From NCBI GenBank assembly GCA_951406725.2, contig OX597816.1, forward strand, positions 154,008,001 to 154,072,000: a DNA stretch of 64,000 nt, read 5' to 3'. Position 1 is the stretch's first letter. Every line of letters starts with the position of its first letter. This stretch comes from Octopus vulgaris. Lineage: Eukaryota. Below the pieces are notes generated by a model. It did no database searches and was not told the DNA's origin. It saw only the letters and a program-made list of their open reading frames with translations. Below are positions 60,780-64,000 of this stretch, in pieces. Position numbers and translations under genes: made by a program.

Positions 60780-61930
60780 ACAGAAAGGATCAAGATATTG
60801 TTGGGAAGAGTGTGTTCAGAATGATAGCTGTACACTTACCCTTTCAAAAGTTGAGGAGAAAAAGGTTTAGAAATGTTATATGAAGTTTCTGAATGTGGAG
60901 AATGTGTGGGAGGTAGATGAACAATCTCAACTAGACCCAACAAAGGAACTGGCTATTGAAGTTGACAATTATTTGATTGAAATGGCCTTTCAGGTTATGA
61001 AGGTAGGGAAAGCTGTAGAAACATCAGGGATAATCACTAAGACACTGAAAATATCTGGCAAAATAGAGACCAAGCTTATCACTCATATAAGACAGTTGGG
61101 TTTGTCATACACAGTGACTGATGTAGCATCATCAACATTAACTGCTACAAAGGCAAAGGAGGAGGAGTTCTAGAAAAAAGCAACTGCAGAGACATCAAAC
61201 TAATGAACCAGATTAGGTAAGGAACAGAATTTGCTATAGCATAACTAATCAGCAAGAGCTTTGATGAAATGCATTTCAAATTTGAGCCAGGTGAACGGTA
61301 CCACTGATACCTGAGACAACTTAGCTAGGGGTAAGCCACTGTACCAAGTACTTTTTGATCTAGAAAAGGATTTTGACAGAAGACCACACTCAGTAGTCTA
61401 GTGTATTTTAGAAAACTTTTAGCAAAGAGAAAGTTGGCAATGATTTCAGTGATGAATTTAGTGCACAAATAGGTATTTATGAAGACTCAATTCGCAGACC
61501 GCTCCTATTTATTTTAGTTCTCCAGATCATAACAGAACTATATGATGATAAATTCAGACTAAACTTAGTGAAGACTAAAGTTTTAATAAGAAAGAAACGG
61601 GCCTTTGCTGCCTTCAGGGAAACAGATGCAAAAAAAGAGTAGGTAAAAATTCTATATGATGTACCCATGGGTGCACAAAAGGTACAGTGGAATCAGACAA
61701 GCTGATAGAGAGAAAACTTTACATGTGCTAGATGCACAGTAGTAGATTGCAATCAGAATGCCAGTGAAAAAATTCTTTCAAATGCTTGGAAAGCTCCACA
61801 GATGTAGTTGACAGCTTTTATTACCTAAATGATCTAATCAACAATGCAGAAGGATGCTCTGAAAAAATAGCAAGCAAAATAACAGTTAAATTATTAAACT
61901 GTTATCTCTTCTAGCAACAAATGCCTTCAA
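60780..61930 (+). mobile_element. Heavily deleted RTE LINE
   Basis: FLNVENVWE, MKVGKA..SGI...LKISG, FDLEKDFDR, NLVKTKVLI. Confidence 0.75.
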
Positions 61931-62329
61931 GCAAAGGATATGTGCATAATACATACACTATACATAAAATAATTTATTATATACATATATATACTTGCTG
62001 GCAGTATTGTTAACACACTGGCCAAAATATATTTCATCTGCCTTTATGTTCTGAGTTCACGGTCAACTTTGCCTTTCATCCTTTAGGCTCATTAATAGAC
62101 TTAGCCCTCCCCAAAATTTGAAACCAATATGTATATACTTATAAATGATGGTTATAATATATAATACATATAAATGACGTTGGTTATTATATTTAGCAAC
62201 ATTCTGAAAACCTTAGACCTAATTTATTCATAATTTACAATAATCATAATTCAAGCAAAACTTCAAGATTATGGATCCCACCAGAACATAAGAGAAAAAG
62301 TATTTTGGAAGTATTACTTAAAAAAATCA

Positions 62330-62900
62330 TTTAGTCTGAGGAAGAGATTAAGTGCTTAAAACATTTACAGGACTCCCAGGCTAGTGAGACCAAGTATACA
62401 GATGTTTAGTTTGAACACCTGCAAGTTGATGGCTGCTAGAGGCAGATTCCAGAGAGTTGCAATTTGAGGCAAAAGGAGTGTTTAGTGCCGAATTTGAAAG
62501 ATGTGTAGAAGAGAGGCTAGTACACAATGTGCGATTGCATATTTAGTTAGTTCAGAAGAACAGAAACTATTGTAGCAGTGACATGCGACAGATGTGGAAA
62601 CATTTTATTGGTGGGTCAGTGATTGTAATGTATTGATGAGTGAAGGTTAACCAATCATGGGATGATCTTTACGAGAGGGACTGCGATCAGTGTGAATCAA
62701 TATTATGAAGCAGTCATAGTCAGCTTGAGCAAACTTATAGCATGGAGTAGGCAACCAAAACCTTCGGAGCAATTAAGCTCAGTGATTTATTTGTTTAAAT
62801 ATCATATCTGTCTTGCTAGTCAATCTGGCTGCATATACTTGAAGCCTTTAGTAAAGACATCAAAGACAAATAAATAGGTTTGGTAAGTATATGCTGGTTT
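62330..62900 (-). mobile_element. Decayed CR1/L2-like LINE 3' remnant
   Basis: Weak similarity to 57830-58370 in the opposite orientation (actctctggaatc...cttgcaggtgttcaaac on minus). Confidence 0.45.
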
Positions 62901-64000
62901 GGACTTAGTATTGTTTCATTCAGTAAATTGATTTTCAATTTACCTTGTTAGATTGAGCTGACAAGGAAGTTTAATACATTTTAAAATGCTCATATTTAAA
63001 TTAAAATCTCTTTGAAGATTTAATATAAGGACCATTTGAACGACAGAGTTATACACCAATAAATACTAGTTATTTTACTAAAGAGCCTCAGAGCTTTGAT
63101 TAATTTCAAAATGAACTGAAACACAAGTATAAGAAATATGGTCATGAAAGACATAAGCTTTACAATGTTTGTTCTAGCTCTTTATGTTCTGTGTTCAAAC
63201 TCCTTTTGGGAGTGGTTAATAAAATGCCAGTCAAGATCACAGAATAATTTGATCTAATGGTGAATGCTAGGTCACTATTAATTATCAATCTCTTATACAA
63301 CAACCAGAGTTTATAAAGGAGGAAGAGCAGAATCATAAAATGTGATGTTCATACTACTCTCAAAGTCATAGAACTTTTTAATCATCAAATAGCTATGAGG
63401 GTCCAGTAGTGTAAAATAGGAATCAAAGGGGTCTGTATATAAAAAAAAATAGTTGCAAAACATTGTATAAATGAATAGCAGTGTCAGGAAATTGGCACTA
63501 ATCAAATGGTAGATCAAAACTTCATTTAATGTAACAATGCTACGAATAAAGACTATAGCATAACAAAACTATAGGTGGAAGAATTAATAGAATACCAAAC
63601 AATCCGAGAAAAATAACATAGTATCCTGTTATAAACTTATAATACATTTATTGTATTTTCAGCCAAAAAAAAAAAAAAAAAAAAAAAAAATGGCACTTTC
63701 AATAGACTAATCTACTTATCTGCAAAAAGGTACCATAAAGGATAGTAGTTGCTGTTTAGTCCTAGGTCAGCCTTGATCAAGCAGGCCTATCAGGCTAGCC
63801 AATAAGATTTATTTTTTTCTGTCTATCTAAAATCACAATATTCAATGTCCTTTTTTAAGTTATCAGTATGTTATATCTTAGTGAGAGTTGGCTGCTACTT
63901 CTATCAGGTTAAGTAATGACATAAAGGCATACTTGTTAGCTTTGTATAGGGTAATATAACAGCCAAATCTTCTTCAAATTATACCACACTATCTTAAAAA

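Noticed and set aside
58553-64000. ARPC4 ATG-only first exon
   Set aside because: ATG|GT candidates are weak or inside repeats and no promoter-like region is evident; probably outside the window

Overview
AT-rich, repeat-dense animal genomic DNA. The SINE/LINE families look like those of an octopod cephalopod (recognised from memory, not searched). Two intron-containing genes converge tail-to-tail. On + are the last four coding exons of ASH2L (23458-29282; C-terminal SPRY region and DPY30-binding helix), and I found no upstream ASH2L exon in 1-23457. On - is ARPC4 (four exons, 58552-53677; only the ATG exon is missing). The rest is mostly decayed mobile DNA: RTE LINEs (with a PHD-type finger after the RT core), CR1-like, L1/Tx1-like and CRE-like LINE remnants, two inverted Penelope-like ends carrying minimal hammerhead-ribozyme motifs, a Helitron-type STPR repeat, Tigger and pogo/Tc2 transposase remnants, hAT/piggyBac/TcMar MITEs, SINEs and microsatellites. 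Most six-frame ORFs are spurious. I see no clearly new biological system. The best leads are the hammerhead pair, an unexplained CpG-retaining island at about 39.7-41.0 kb, two long intronic hairpins, and a post-stop splice donor plus inverted MITEs around ARPC4 exons. Exon coordinates were checked base by base; repeat boundaries are approximate.
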